From NCBI GenBank assembly GCA_029258835.1, contig JAPDJY010000030.1, positions 64,001 to 128,000 on the forward strand: a DNA stretch of 64,000 nucleotides, given 5' to 3'. Positions 39,844-49,470 of this stretch are shown in pieces. Origin of the DNA: Thermoproteota archaeon. Its GTDB lineage: Archaea > Asgardarchaeota > Jordiarchaeia > Jordiarchaeales > Freyrarchaeaceae. Position 1 is the stretch's first letter, and every line of letters begins with the position of its first letter. The position numbers and the translations under genes are program-made. Below the pieces are notes generated by a model. The model was not told the origin of the DNA, ran no database searches, and saw nothing but the letters and a program-made list of their open reading frames with translations.

Positions 39844-40872
39844 TTGCTCAGTAAGAGAAGGAAGCCCTTTAAGAACCAGCTGAACCGGGGATGCGCCTTG
39901 ACTCCCCTCGAAGCCGTCGTTTGGCCATGTACATTAAGGTGTAATGGTACCTGTGTTCACTGCTATGTTAGAGGCCGCTTTCACAGAGAGCTGGGGGTAG
40001 GCGACGGGAAGCGTATCGTGGCTGAAGCGGCGAGGGCGGGAGCTAAAATGATCTCCTTCGTCGGCGGGGAGCCTCTTCTGAGGGAAGACTTGCCATCCCT
40101 CATGAAATACGCTGCAGACCTTGGAATGAAGGTTGAAGTGGTGACGAACGGCTTTCTTATGAACATTAGGGTGGCAAGCGTCCTCGCCCGCCTCGAAGCA
40201 AAGGTGTTGTTAAGCGTTGATGGAGCATCTAAGGTAACATGTGAGTCCATAAGGGGGCAAGGAGCATGGAAAAAAATAATGACCGCTGTGGATGTTATGA
40301 ACTCGGCGGGTCTAGAGTTTATCCCCGTAATGGTTATAACAGGTCTTAACGCTCATGAAGCCGGAGATTTCGTCTCTTTTTCATGCGACATTGGGGGGAA
40401 GCTAGCATCCTTCCTAACGCTAATTCCCTCTGGAGCGGCAAAGGACAACAGGCTTCTAGACTTAAGCCCTGAGCAGTTAAAGCAGTCGCTGCTCAGCATA
40501 GATGAATCAGCAGACCGTCTTTCCTACTCGGCAGAGGTCCGCTGCACCCCCTTCGCAGAAAGAATCATCACGTCAAAACATGTTAAGGTGTGGGGCTGTT
40601 ACTATAACGTCATGGACCTTAATCCAGTCGGCGACGTGCTTCTCTGCGACGTTTTAGATGTTAAGCTCGGCAACATACTGGAGGATGGTGGTCCGGAAAG
40701 CTGGAAAAAGCTTTACAGCAGGAGAGTGGACATGGGCTTACTGGACTGGGAGAACTTGGAGGGTAAATGCTTAACCTGTCCTGTTAGGGGTTTCTGCCTT
40801 GGAGGATGTAGGGCGAGAGCCTACCTGGCAACTGGCTCCTTCTTTAAACCCGATCCCTTATGTCCCTTCTGA
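39844..40872 (+). CDS. Radical SAM/SPASM protein (start likely TTG 39898)
   Basis: CNGTCVHC, GGEPLL, TNG; CLTC...CLGGCRARA...DPLC. Confidence 0.88.
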   Translation: MLSKRRKPFKNQLNRGCALTPLEAVVWPCTLRCNGTCVHCYVRGRFHRELGVGDGKRIVAEAARAGAKMISFVGGEPLLREDLPSLMKYAADLGMKVEVVTNGFLMNIRVASVLARLEAKVLLSVDGASKVTCESIRGQGAWKKIMTAVDVMNSAGLEFIPVMVITGLNAHEAGDFVSFSCDIGGKLASFLTLIPSGAAKDNRLLDLSPEQLKQSLLSIDESADRLSYSAEVRCTPFAERIITSKHVKVWGCYYNVMDLNPVGDVLLCDVLDVKLGNILEDGGPESWKKLYSRRVDMGLLDWENLEGKCLTCPVRGFCLGGCRARAYLATGSFFKPDPLCPF

Positions 40873-40899
40873 AAGCCGACCACGAGCATTAAGCAATTT

Positions 40900-42228
40900 T
40901 TAGTGTAAGCTGTATTTCTCTCCCAATTGAGGTATCGTGACGCTTGTCCCAACCCCTTTAATGAACTTTGCGAATACCTCCGGGTGCTCACAGTGAATGG
41001 GGAAGACTTGCTTCGGCTTTATTCTGCTTACAACATTCTTCAGCTCGATTGGCATTATGTGGCCTGAAACATGCACACGGTACTGGGGTAGCCCGTAGTG
41101 CCTCAGCCAGTTAAGCATCTTATTGAAGTCTATCTCCATTTCTTCGTTGAACGGCTCTGAGGAGGAATACACGTAGCAGCTTCCAGGTACAGGTTTAATA
41201 TCGATTAGCTCTTCGAAATCGTAGAGGGACGCAACCAGTATTACCTCTCTTTGCCTTTTTGAGACTTCATAGGCGTCAACGACGGTCTCTCCCTCTAAAA
41301 CCTCCCTCTCCCACCTCTTGTATGATTTCTTCTTTTTCTTGAAGATTAGGATGTGCTCGTCTTTCACGTCTGGGATGTTGAGATGTGGGTCTTCTTTCAG
41401 CCTGCTCAGGAGGTAGGCTTGTCTCGCTGATACAATTAGCCTCCTCCCGCTTTCTTTAGCGACCTCGTAAAAAGTTCTCAGCCTGTCAATGTCTGTGCTG
41501 GCAAAGTAGGTGACTATTAACCCGTCGGTGTTACCCACTATATAGCTAAGTTTATTCTTGACCTCTACTTCGGATGAGACGTGTGCAGCCGATATGTTTG
41601 TGGCCTCCGTTACCAAAACGTCGACGTCCTCCGATGCAGCTTCATCTACGAAGTCCTCGGTTAACTCCTTCTTGGCTCCATGCATCCTGAAGTCTCCTGT
41701 GTAAACTATAGTTCCTTCCGAGGTATAGATGATGAACCCGTATGACCCGGGAACCGAGTGGTCCACGTGAACTGGTTTAACTTCGACGCCACCCACCTCA
41801 ATTTTCCTCCCAGTCCTGAACGTTTGAAGCCTTTCTCTTCCAACGCCTCCCCCAACAATCCATTTTCCCATGTTGGTAAATACATCCATCATCGTTGCCG
41901 CCGTCTCACCGCAGAAAACAGAGATCTCATCCTTAACTATGGGGACATAGCCAGCGTGGTCCATGTGAACATGGGATACTATGACCGCGTCGACTGCAGC
42001 TTCCTCCCTGTCGAACCGGTAGACGCCTCTAAGCGGTGGTATCATCCCAAGATCTATCAGTCCTTCCTCCCTTCTAGGTGATAGGAAGGGTGTAGCGTAG
42101 AACTTCCCCATTTGAGCAAATGAAACGCCGAAATCCAGGAAAATCTGTACATCCCCATCCTCAAGTAAAACCTTATTCCCTCCAACCTCCCTCAATCCAC
42201 CATAGAACGTTAGACTGACCAAAGGCAA
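40900..42228 (-). CDS. MBL-fold / beta-CASP RNase J-like hydrolase
   Basis: SHVHMDH, DHS, YTGDFR, HVSGH, PIHCEH. Confidence 0.85.
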   Translation of the reverse strand: MPLVSLTFYGGLREVGGNKVLLEDGDVQIFLDFGVSFAQMGKFYATPFLSPRREEGLIDLGMIPPLRGVYRFDREEAAVDAVIVSHVHMDHAGYVPIVKDEISVFCGETAATMMDVFTNMGKWIVGGGVGRERLQTFRTGRKIEVGGVEVKPVHVDHSVPGSYGFIIYTSEGTIVYTGDFRMHGAKKELTEDFVDEAASEDVDVLVTEATNISAAHVSSEVEVKNKLSYIVGNTDGLIVTYFASTDIDRLRTFYEVAKESGRRLIVSARQAYLLSRLKEDPHLNIPDVKDEHILIFKKKKKSYKRWEREVLEGETVVDAYEVSKRQREVILVASLYDFEELIDIKPVPGSCYVYSSSEPFNEEMEIDFNKMLNWLRHYGLPQYRVHVSGHIMPIELKNVVSRIKPKQVFPIHCEHPEVFAKFIKGVGTSVTIPQLGEKYSLH

Positions 42229-42270
42229 CCTTCCTCCTCAGCGAGCTTAAAGCACTCCGAAACTTCCCTA

Positions 42271-42606
42271 TCAACTTTTCTTCTCTTTCTCGGCCACCTT
42301 CAAGGTTTTCACGTCGCTTTCTATGTCATGGTATATTCTCAGCTCTAAATCCCCTTCAGGAATGGCGACGATTTTCCCGTGTACCATTTTAACCATGCAA
42401 CTGGTGATCTCCGCCTCACTCACCACTTCTTCAGCAACAGTCCTTTCCTCCCGCTTTCCTCCTCTATCGATAACTAAGATCACGGTTACCCTCCAAGCCT
42501 TCCCCTCAGGAGCGACCTCAAGCTTCTGGAAGCCATCATACACGACCATTTTTTTAACCATGATCCCCCTCTCGAACTCGTTCACGCTAAAAATGCTTTC
42601 AGTCAA
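42271..42606 (-). CDS. Hypothetical beta-rich protein
   Basis: Protein-like ORF co-oriented upstream of the MBL gene. Confidence 0.55.
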   Translation of the reverse strand: MTESIFSVNEFERGIMVKKMVVYDGFQKLEVAPEGKAWRVTVILVIDRGGKREERTVAEEVVSEAEITSCMVKMVHGKIVAIPEGDLELRIYHDIESDVKTLKVAEKEKKS

Positions 42607-42750
42607 AACTCACGTTTTCTCCTCTAAAAAGGTTAGCTGTAAACCTCTTTAAGCTAGATCCCCTACGATAGGAAAACGTAAATCTTGCCTCGAAGAATTC
42701 TCCAGTGGAGAACCTGTTCAAAGTAGAGAGCATAGCTGGAGCTTGATACG

Positions 42751-44181
42751 TTGCTCCTCCTTAACGATAAGGATGAGGGAAAAACCATAGGATTCTTCGT
42801 GGTCGACGTCCATACGCACCTAGGTAAAGAGGAAGTAATGGACGGCAGAGGAGTAGCCTACCGGTCTAACACCCCTAGACAGACAATTGACTTCTACCAT
42901 CGCCTCCAGTTTGAAATAAGGTCTTCCATAGACTCCTCCCCTGATAAGTATCGTTTCACACCTGCTTCCCCCCTAACTATGCCACCCCCTCCATTAAAAC
43001 CATTCTACGATGCCATTGGAAGGTCATGGGGGTGGACTGTAGACCAGTTCGTGGCTTTCCCATTTAACGATTTTAGAGCCTACTCTACTAAGCCAAGCTT
43101 CCAGAAGCCTAACAACCTGATTCTAAAGCGCTCGTTGACCCTCCCATTTTCACCACGTCTTTTGGGATTCATTAGGGTTGACCCGCATGACGGTGAAGAC
43201 GCCGTTAAGGAAGTTGAAAGATGTGCTGAGATCGGCGCAAGAGGATTGAAACTTCACCCGATCTCTCAGAACTTTCTAGACGAAATACTCTCGAAGAACG
43301 TGAAGAACGTCACCTTAGCCGCAGTCAACAATGGACTGCCCGTCCTGTTCGACTGTCGCTACTACGCCACAGCAGAGGACATATACCAGCTTACACAGGA
43401 AGTACGTGGAGAAGCAAAAAGAGGGGACTTCGCAATCATACTCGGCCATTCATGTATGGAATACGCGAAGGACGGACTCTACGAAATACTCGGCGACCCG
43501 AACATTTACGGTGACACGTCAGGAGTGCGAGGGGACGACATCCCCCTTTTCTTCAGGAAGCTCAAATCCCACCTTGAAGACAGCTGGTCAAGCAAAATAC
43601 TCTTCGGAACAGACTACAACTACTTTACAATCCCTCAAGCCTTAGACTTTATAACCTACCTTTTAACGTGGGAATTCCATGAAGAAACGGATGCGTCTTG
43701 GATGGACATCCAGAGAATACTTGGAGCAAACGCCCTATCACTCATAAAACCATACATCCACCGTTCACGTGGTGAAATTTTTTTCGCGACACTTAAAGGA
43801 ACCGCACAGGACGCATTCCTAAGCTCCCTACAACGCAGGTTAAGTGAAAAAGCACGTAGGAAGGAAGTGAACAGTTTAACCTACGACCCCCTCGTCACCG
43901 GAAGAGGGAGAATAGACCCCTCAAGCTTCATTTCATCGTTTGGCAAGATGGATGGAAGGCAAATGAGAGCCATCCTTTTTAAAAAGTCCCTTCTACATCC
44001 CGAACAAGCCATGATAATATCTATCCCAATCAAACCACCATTCCTTCCAAACCTGAGAATAAGAAGCCATAACTCAAGCCAGTACTTCGAAATCGTACGG
44101 TTCTCCCTCACCAGAAAGCCGGTGGAAGCATCCTCCAGTATCGACGCCGAAAAATTGACGGAAAAAATCTGCCGTCTGTAA
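42751..44181 (+). CDS. Amidohydrolase-family metallohydrolase with C-terminal extension
   Basis: VDVHTH, GLKLHP, ILGH, DTS, FGTDY, GANA; ~140 extra C-terminal aa. Confidence 0.82.
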   Translation: MLLLNDKDEGKTIGFFVVDVHTHLGKEEVMDGRGVAYRSNTPRQTIDFYHRLQFEIRSSIDSSPDKYRFTPASPLTMPPPPLKPFYDAIGRSWGWTVDQFVAFPFNDFRAYSTKPSFQKPNNLILKRSLTLPFSPRLLGFIRVDPHDGEDAVKEVERCAEIGARGLKLHPISQNFLDEILSKNVKNVTLAAVNNGLPVLFDCRYYATAEDIYQLTQEVRGEAKRGDFAIILGHSCMEYAKDGLYEILGDPNIYGDTSGVRGDDIPLFFRKLKSHLEDSWSSKILFGTDYNYFTIPQALDFITYLLTWEFHEETDASWMDIQRILGANALSLIKPYIHRSRGEIFFATLKGTAQDAFLSSLQRRLSEKARRKEVNSLTYDPLVTGRGRIDPSSFISSFGKMDGRQMRAILFKKSLLHPEQAMIISIPIKPPFLPNLRIRSHNSSQYFEIVRFSLTRKPVEASSSIDAEKLTEKICRL

Positions 44182-44323
44182 TTTGTTCATCCATCTTCTT
44201 TCCTCCATGCACTTATAGTTTCGTGTAAAACACCGTGAATGCGCATTTTCCTCCATTACGGGTTTTTCCAGAAACTTTTTAACATTTACACCTACTAAAA
44301 GGTGTAAGCGGGGGGATGTTTTT

Positions 44324-45649
44324 ATGTCCGTCAAACTTGAGGTCGTCAACGCAGGAGCCGCCGATGGACGTGCATTCATGAACAAGAACGACATGAACCA
44401 GCTTGGCGTCGACGACTTCGACGTGGTGGTTTTCATTAACGAGTACGAGGACTGGGGGGCCGTGCAGGTCATGTCAAGAGAAGACTGCCCTGAAGGATAC
44501 ATCATGATCGACGAGGACGTCCTAGACTCCGCAAACGTCTCCGAGGGAGACACCGTCACCGTCAAGAAGAAGAAAGTCACAGGTGGAATAAAATTCGTTC
44601 AGCTCGGCGTTGAACCAATGGAAGGCCAGTCGACGGAGGACGTGGTCGTGTGGGTCGCAGATCATGTAGGCGAACTAGCACGAATACTCAAAAAGAGACC
44701 CATATACAGGAACCTTGAGTTAAGCTGGCGAGACGCCGAGTGCGGCCACATCAAGCTCAGAGTCCAATCCACCAAACCTGAACTCTACGGTGAAGATGTC
44801 GGAATAGTCGACCCGACCGGGCACGAGGTAACCTTCGAGATAGTCCCCGCCTTAGACATGACGTTTAACGCCATCCTCATGATCGATGTTTCGGGCTCCA
44901 TGCAAAAGAAGGACATGAAAGTTAAGAACGTTGACGGCGCAATAGAGGGACTTAGAAAAGGCATGAGAGAGACGCCTCGCCTCCAAGAATTCCTAATAGG
45001 AATGGAGGAAGGCGGCATGGTCAGCAGGATAAAGGCCGCCGCCTTAGCGACGCTGCTCTACCTCTCCCTCAAGATCGGGAGAGGATGGGGTGAAAACGTT
45101 CAAGTGATAACGTTCGCCGACCAAGTAGAACCGTTAACGATAACAGATCAGGATGGCAACACAACCACAGTAATTAAGTGTACTGGCGAGAGCAGGGCGC
45201 TCGGCCTTGAAGTCATAGGCGAGTACATATTAGAGAGGTGTCAAGAGGGAAGCGGGTTAACGTTCATGAGCGGCGCCCTAAAAACAGCAGCCGAACTCGC
45301 TGAAAGGTTCCCGCCAAACCCAAAAACAGGAAAGCCAAACCCGGTGATGTTCGTGCTCCTCTCGGATGGCTACCCTAACACTGGCGATGAGGCGGCTGGG
45401 ATACCTGTTAATCCAATACCGGTGGTAAGGAACTACTTCTCCGGAAGGCCGGAGTGGGTCCTCTACACTATTGGGATAGGCGAGGCGGACGTAGAGCTCA
45501 TGCGTAGGTTAGCCGAGATCGGTAGGGGTGAGTTCTTCAAGGCAGACGACTTCGGCGACCTAACACGTTGGTACGATCTCCTAGCACAGCGTTTTGCCAT
45601 ATCCGTTAGGACCACACCTTCGCAGTTCGCCGAGGCAAGCGAACTCTAA
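44324..45649 (+). CDS. CDC48/NSF N-domain fused to vWA domain (no AAA ATPase)
   Basis: N-terminus RAFMNKNDMNQLGV..FDVV...EGYIMIDE...ANVSEGDTVTV (double-psi barrel) and LKKRPI...LRVQSTKP (CDC48_2); vWA MIDAS IDVSGSM, T..SGAL, LLSDG. Confidence 0.8.
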   Translation: MSVKLEVVNAGAADGRAFMNKNDMNQLGVDDFDVVVFINEYEDWGAVQVMSREDCPEGYIMIDEDVLDSANVSEGDTVTVKKKKVTGGIKFVQLGVEPMEGQSTEDVVVWVADHVGELARILKKRPIYRNLELSWRDAECGHIKLRVQSTKPELYGEDVGIVDPTGHEVTFEIVPALDMTFNAILMIDVSGSMQKKDMKVKNVDGAIEGLRKGMRETPRLQEFLIGMEEGGMVSRIKAAALATLLYLSLKIGRGWGENVQVITFADQVEPLTITDQDGNTTTVIKCTGESRALGLEVIGEYILERCQEGSGLTFMSGALKTAAELAERFPPNPKTGKPNPVMFVLLSDGYPNTGDEAAGIPVNPIPVVRNYFSGRPEWVLYTIGIGEADVELMRRLAEIGRGEFFKADDFGDLTRWYDLLAQRFAISVRTTPSQFAEASEL

Positions 45650-45685
45650 CTTCCCGCAACCTTAGAACGTGGAAAGAAGGAATCA

Positions 45686-48600
45686 TCATTTCCTCCTTTT
45701 TACTATGATAACCTTCTTGCTGAAGGCGTCTATTATGTTAGGTGGAAGCTCTCGCTTATTAATGTCAACTTTAGCCTTCAGGTCAAACTCCATTCTGTAG
45801 GGAACGCTGGGGGCAATCCATTCTATTGGTCCGATGTCTTTCTTTTCGTCTTTGATCTTTCCACTCCAGATTTCCTTAACGCCTAGGGGGCTCTCAGCCA
45901 CTAGGCGTATCCTAACTGTTTCCTTAATTCTCTTTTCCACGAGCAAGTTAACTTTTATCTTGTCTCCTTCTCTTGTCAGCGTGGGTATAGCGGCATCCCT
46001 AACCTTGACCTTTACTAGTGGTCTTAACGGAGGGGTAACATCTACCGTTTGCGTAGCCCTCTGTTGCACGTAATTAGCCTCTTTTCCCTTGTAGCTTAAG
46101 GTGGCCAGCAGGTAGATTTTCTCCTCTACGAGCCATGGTGGAACCTCGATTTCACCATAGACATCCTCTCTTCCTTTAGGCTCTATGACCATACTAAACC
46201 CCTCCTTTCCTCCTTCCCCCGTCAGGGAGCATACCCGAACTTCTCCTCTGACCCTAACTCTTCCATTCCCGACGTTGCGCAGTCTTAAGTGGTATTTCAC
46301 GTTCTCTCCCGCCTGCACGGAAGCTTTCTGAATTGTTAATCCATGAACGTTTACGGGGGGCTCGGGTAAAACTGGGATCGTAAGCTTCCTCTCGTAAACC
46401 TTAACGTTCTCCACTTTAACTTTCAGGTTCACGGCGGCCTCCTCACCTTTAACGCCCTCCGTGCCTATGCTAATGGGGAGAACGTACCTCCCATTCGTTA
46501 ACGAATACTCCTGAACGCTGGAGCTTTTAGACGTGGCTGCAGTCAGGGAAACCCTAACAGGAGTGATTACCCCTCTAACTTCAACTTTAACCTTAAACAC
46601 CGCAGCATCTACGGGTACAATCGCCTTGGGGGCTTCTACTCCTAGAACCTTAACAGTCTTCCTTGCCGACAGCGGCGCCACCTCTATGATCCGCGTCTGC
46701 CCTTGGGCGACGACCACCCCGTCATAAAGTATTTCACATCTAACCCTAAACTTGCCGGCTTTGACGTCTCGGCCGGCTTTAACTTTATACGTTAATCTCC
46801 TCGAGTCGTGAACAACGATTTCCCTGTGATCCAACTGTTTAACTTCGGAGTCGACCACTAGGACCCGGACCCAGAACGGGCCAGGCAAGTCTGGGTTCAA
46901 GTTCCTTACGTTAAAAACAACCCTGCACGTTTCCCCCCACTGCACCCTGCTCTTAGATACTTTCTCGTCTAGTGCTACCTTGGGTTTAAGGGCTACATGG
47001 GAGACGTCAAGTGCGCGTGAAACACGCACACTCCCCTTACTCTTGACTCTAAAGGGTGGAACAGCCTGTGCGGGTTCTGGAACGGTCAATAAGCGCCTTT
47101 CCTCCACCCTCCCCTGCCTTCTTTTAACAGTAGCTCGTGCCTCCTTCCCCGCTCCTCTAACCCGGGCTGGTTCCTCCCTCCTCACCGTCACTTGAGGCTT
47201 CGCTTTCTCCACCTCCCGCCGCTCTTCCCTCTCCTTCACAGGTACAACTACCCTAATCAGCTGGGCTTCCTCCTTGGCGACAGGAACCCCTCTCCTTTCA
47301 ATTTTAGCTTTCCTCTCCGTTTTTTCTTCCTGAACAATTATGGGTGATGACTCGTACTCCGCCACCAGTTTCTCCCTGTAGAAGACCTGTACTTTAACTG
47401 TATATTCCCCTGCTCTAGCCGCTGGGAGAGATAGTGTTAAAGTTGTTGGGAGAGACACGTGCTTCGCCGCCAAGAGCTTAGCCTTATCTCCCTCCCTCAA
47501 GTATGCCCTAACCCGATACCTCCCCTTAAACTCCGCCGTCTGCGCCTCCACTCTCAACTTTATCTCTCCCCTCCTCCTCTCCACGATTTTCTTGGGGATG
47601 CTGACCGGGAGGATCCTGATGATGGGGGTGGCAATGGCGGTGAACGTCTTGGTTTCTACCTCACAAAGCTCGTTTCTCACTTCGTCCTTCAAGATGAACT
47701 TTAAACGGCACCTTCTCTTACCTTGAAACGCGGCGAATGGCACCTCTAGGGGGAGCTGCCCCCCCGTCACCTTGAGAACACCGTTCCCAGGGATTTCCAC
47801 CCTCTTCACAGCCGTTCTAAGAACGGCTCCCCCCTCTAAAACAACCTTGGCTATCAGCGTCCCCTTCACGGGGGCACTACCGGTCACCTCCAGCGTGAAT
47901 GGGATCCGCTCTCCCGCAGCCACCCGCGTAGCGGTGACGCTTGCCATAGCCTTCACGTTAACTGCCGCCTTCCTCCTTTCAGCCACCTCGAACTCTTCCG
48001 CTTCTCCGAAGGCTGCGACTAGCGGGTCTCCATCCCCTATACAGTACTTTCTCGTCATCTCCATAAGGTGCGAAATAGTCCTGTCAATCCTAGACGCTGA
48101 GGCATCGTAAAGGTAGAGAAGGAAGTCGGCTGGCGCACAGGGCGGCTCAACCCTGCTGGATCCGTAAACAGACACCAAGACGGGTTTTAGGTAGTCCCAG
48201 TATCCAAGTTCGTTTATTTCTTCTCTGATGAACTCTATCATTCCTTGGGCTGCCTCGAAGAGCTTGGAATTCGGCTTTCCAGCCGGGTTTATGTTATACT
48301 TCTCCGCAAATCCTCGGTCATGCTTCTCAAGCCCCCTGTCGGGGAAAAACTTGCCCAGCAAACCGTAAAGTACTGCTTTCTCCCTGTTCTCCACCAGGGT
48401 AGCTGAGGACACGTTCGGGATCTTTCCGCCTTTCCTCACGATTTTTACTGCTTTGAGGGCTAACGCCTGTAAGAGTGCTGCTACGGCGAGCCGCCTAGCT
48501 ACGCTGAACTGTGCGTCGAAAACACGAACTTCTATTGTCCCGTACTCTGTAAAGGGGAAGACGTCAACGTACCTGTCGTCAGGCGGCTCCCTCATGACTG

Positions 48601-49372
48601 TTTCATCAAAGGTCTTCCTGTTCAGTTCTTCAAGGTAGGGGACATAGTGATCCTTGTCTGCCGGCCCCGTCTGTCCAGTGTTGTACTTAAGCCTTAAGTC
48701 GCGTACACAGTCCCTCCCTATGATGCTTGTTCTCCCTCTTCTTCGAACCCTAACCACTCCGGTGGGCTTCCCGTTCATGAATGGTGAGTTTACCGTTAAA
48801 GCTATCAGATGGGGTATGAAGGCTCGAATCATGTTGTATACGGCGGCCTTCTCCTTTCCGTCATTAACGCCTATATGGTAGTGGTCGCCGAACGTTACCC
48901 CGCTCCTGTACTCCTCCTCAAGAGGGTTAAACCCTATGGATATCAAGTTGTAGCCTCGCGGAAGAGCGGCGAAAGCCACCTTGTAAAGCGTCTTTATCCA
49001 CCATGAAAGCTCTTCCATCGACTCGCATGGGGGGGTTACAAGCTCTAGGATCCACGTTATCTGACTCACGTTCGGGTCAGGACCGAAGACGTCAACGTCG
49101 ATCCTACCCTTATCCGTCTTATAGGAAACAACTACGTAAGGAAGTCTCCTCCCCCTCCTTTCCTTTTCCTTAAGCGTAACCCCTAAAATTTTACTTGTAA
49201 AATCCAGCCCCTTCTCCTTTGACACGGTTTTCTGAAGGATGTTAGCGGCATTTTTCATGAGGTGGTCCCAGACACGTACGAGTCTCCCTCCTTGGAGGAG
49301 ACGTCCCTTCTCGTCGACGACCTGGACCTCCATTTCTACTCCTTGGGTGAAGGGAAGCTTCGCCATTTCCAA
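45686..49372 (-). CDS. GCS2/YbdK-type carboxylate-amine ligase fused to multiple Ig-like beta-sandwich repeats
   Basis: GVEME, ELVTPP, GDHYHIG, ALTVNSPF, GTIEVRVFD; C-terminal ~750 aa of alternating beta pattern (GExIPF, VRNL, LRNVG) with a charged linker. Confidence 0.82.
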   Translation of the reverse strand: MEMAKLPFTQGVEMEVQVVDEKGRLLQGGRLVRVWDHLMKNAANILQKTVSKEKGLDFTSKILGVTLKEKERRGRRLPYVVVSYKTDKGRIDVDVFGPDPNVSQITWILELVTPPCESMEELSWWIKTLYKVAFAALPRGYNLISIGFNPLEEEYRSGVTFGDHYHIGVNDGKEKAAVYNMIRAFIPHLIALTVNSPFMNGKPTGVVRVRRRGRTSIIGRDCVRDLRLKYNTGQTGPADKDHYVPYLEELNRKTFDETVMREPPDDRYVDVFPFTEYGTIEVRVFDAQFSVARRLAVAALLQALALKAVKIVRKGGKIPNVSSATLVENREKAVLYGLLGKFFPDRGLEKHDRGFAEKYNINPAGKPNSKLFEAAQGMIEFIREEINELGYWDYLKPVLVSVYGSSRVEPPCAPADFLLYLYDASASRIDRTISHLMEMTRKYCIGDGDPLVAAFGEAEEFEVAERRKAAVNVKAMASVTATRVAAGERIPFTLEVTGSAPVKGTLIAKVVLEGGAVLRTAVKRVEIPGNGVLKVTGGQLPLEVPFAAFQGKRRCRLKFILKDEVRNELCEVETKTFTAIATPIIRILPVSIPKKIVERRRGEIKLRVEAQTAEFKGRYRVRAYLREGDKAKLLAAKHVSLPTTLTLSLPAARAGEYTVKVQVFYREKLVAEYESSPIIVQEEKTERKAKIERRGVPVAKEEAQLIRVVVPVKEREERREVEKAKPQVTVRREEPARVRGAGKEARATVKRRQGRVEERRLLTVPEPAQAVPPFRVKSKGSVRVSRALDVSHVALKPKVALDEKVSKSRVQWGETCRVVFNVRNLNPDLPGPFWVRVLVVDSEVKQLDHREIVVHDSRRLTYKVKAGRDVKAGKFRVRCEILYDGVVVAQGQTRIIEVAPLSARKTVKVLGVEAPKAIVPVDAAVFKVKVEVRGVITPVRVSLTAATSKSSSVQEYSLTNGRYVLPISIGTEGVKGEEAAVNLKVKVENVKVYERKLTIPVLPEPPVNVHGLTIQKASVQAGENVKYHLRLRNVGNGRVRVRGEVRVCSLTGEGGKEGFSMVIEPKGREDVYGEIEVPPWLVEEKIYLLATLSYKGKEANYVQQRATQTVDVTPPLRPLVKVKVRDAAIPTLTREGDKIKVNLLVEKRIKETVRIRLVAESPLGVKEIWSGKIKDEKKDIGPIEWIAPSVPYRMEFDLKAKVDINKRELPPNIIDAFSKKVIIVKRRK

Positions 49373-49470
49373 TCACGCCTTTAAGAAAGAAACAGTCCCC
49401 TTAAAGGTTAAAGGATCCTGAGGCGATAAACCTTTCTCCATCCCCACTAACCCACGGAGCTGTTCCCCGC

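Noticed and set aside
42698-42712. ORB-like palindrome TTCTCCAGTGGAGAA
   Set aside because: Single copy, no G-string, no AT-rich unwinding element or cdc6; more likely a transcription-factor site in a divergent promoter
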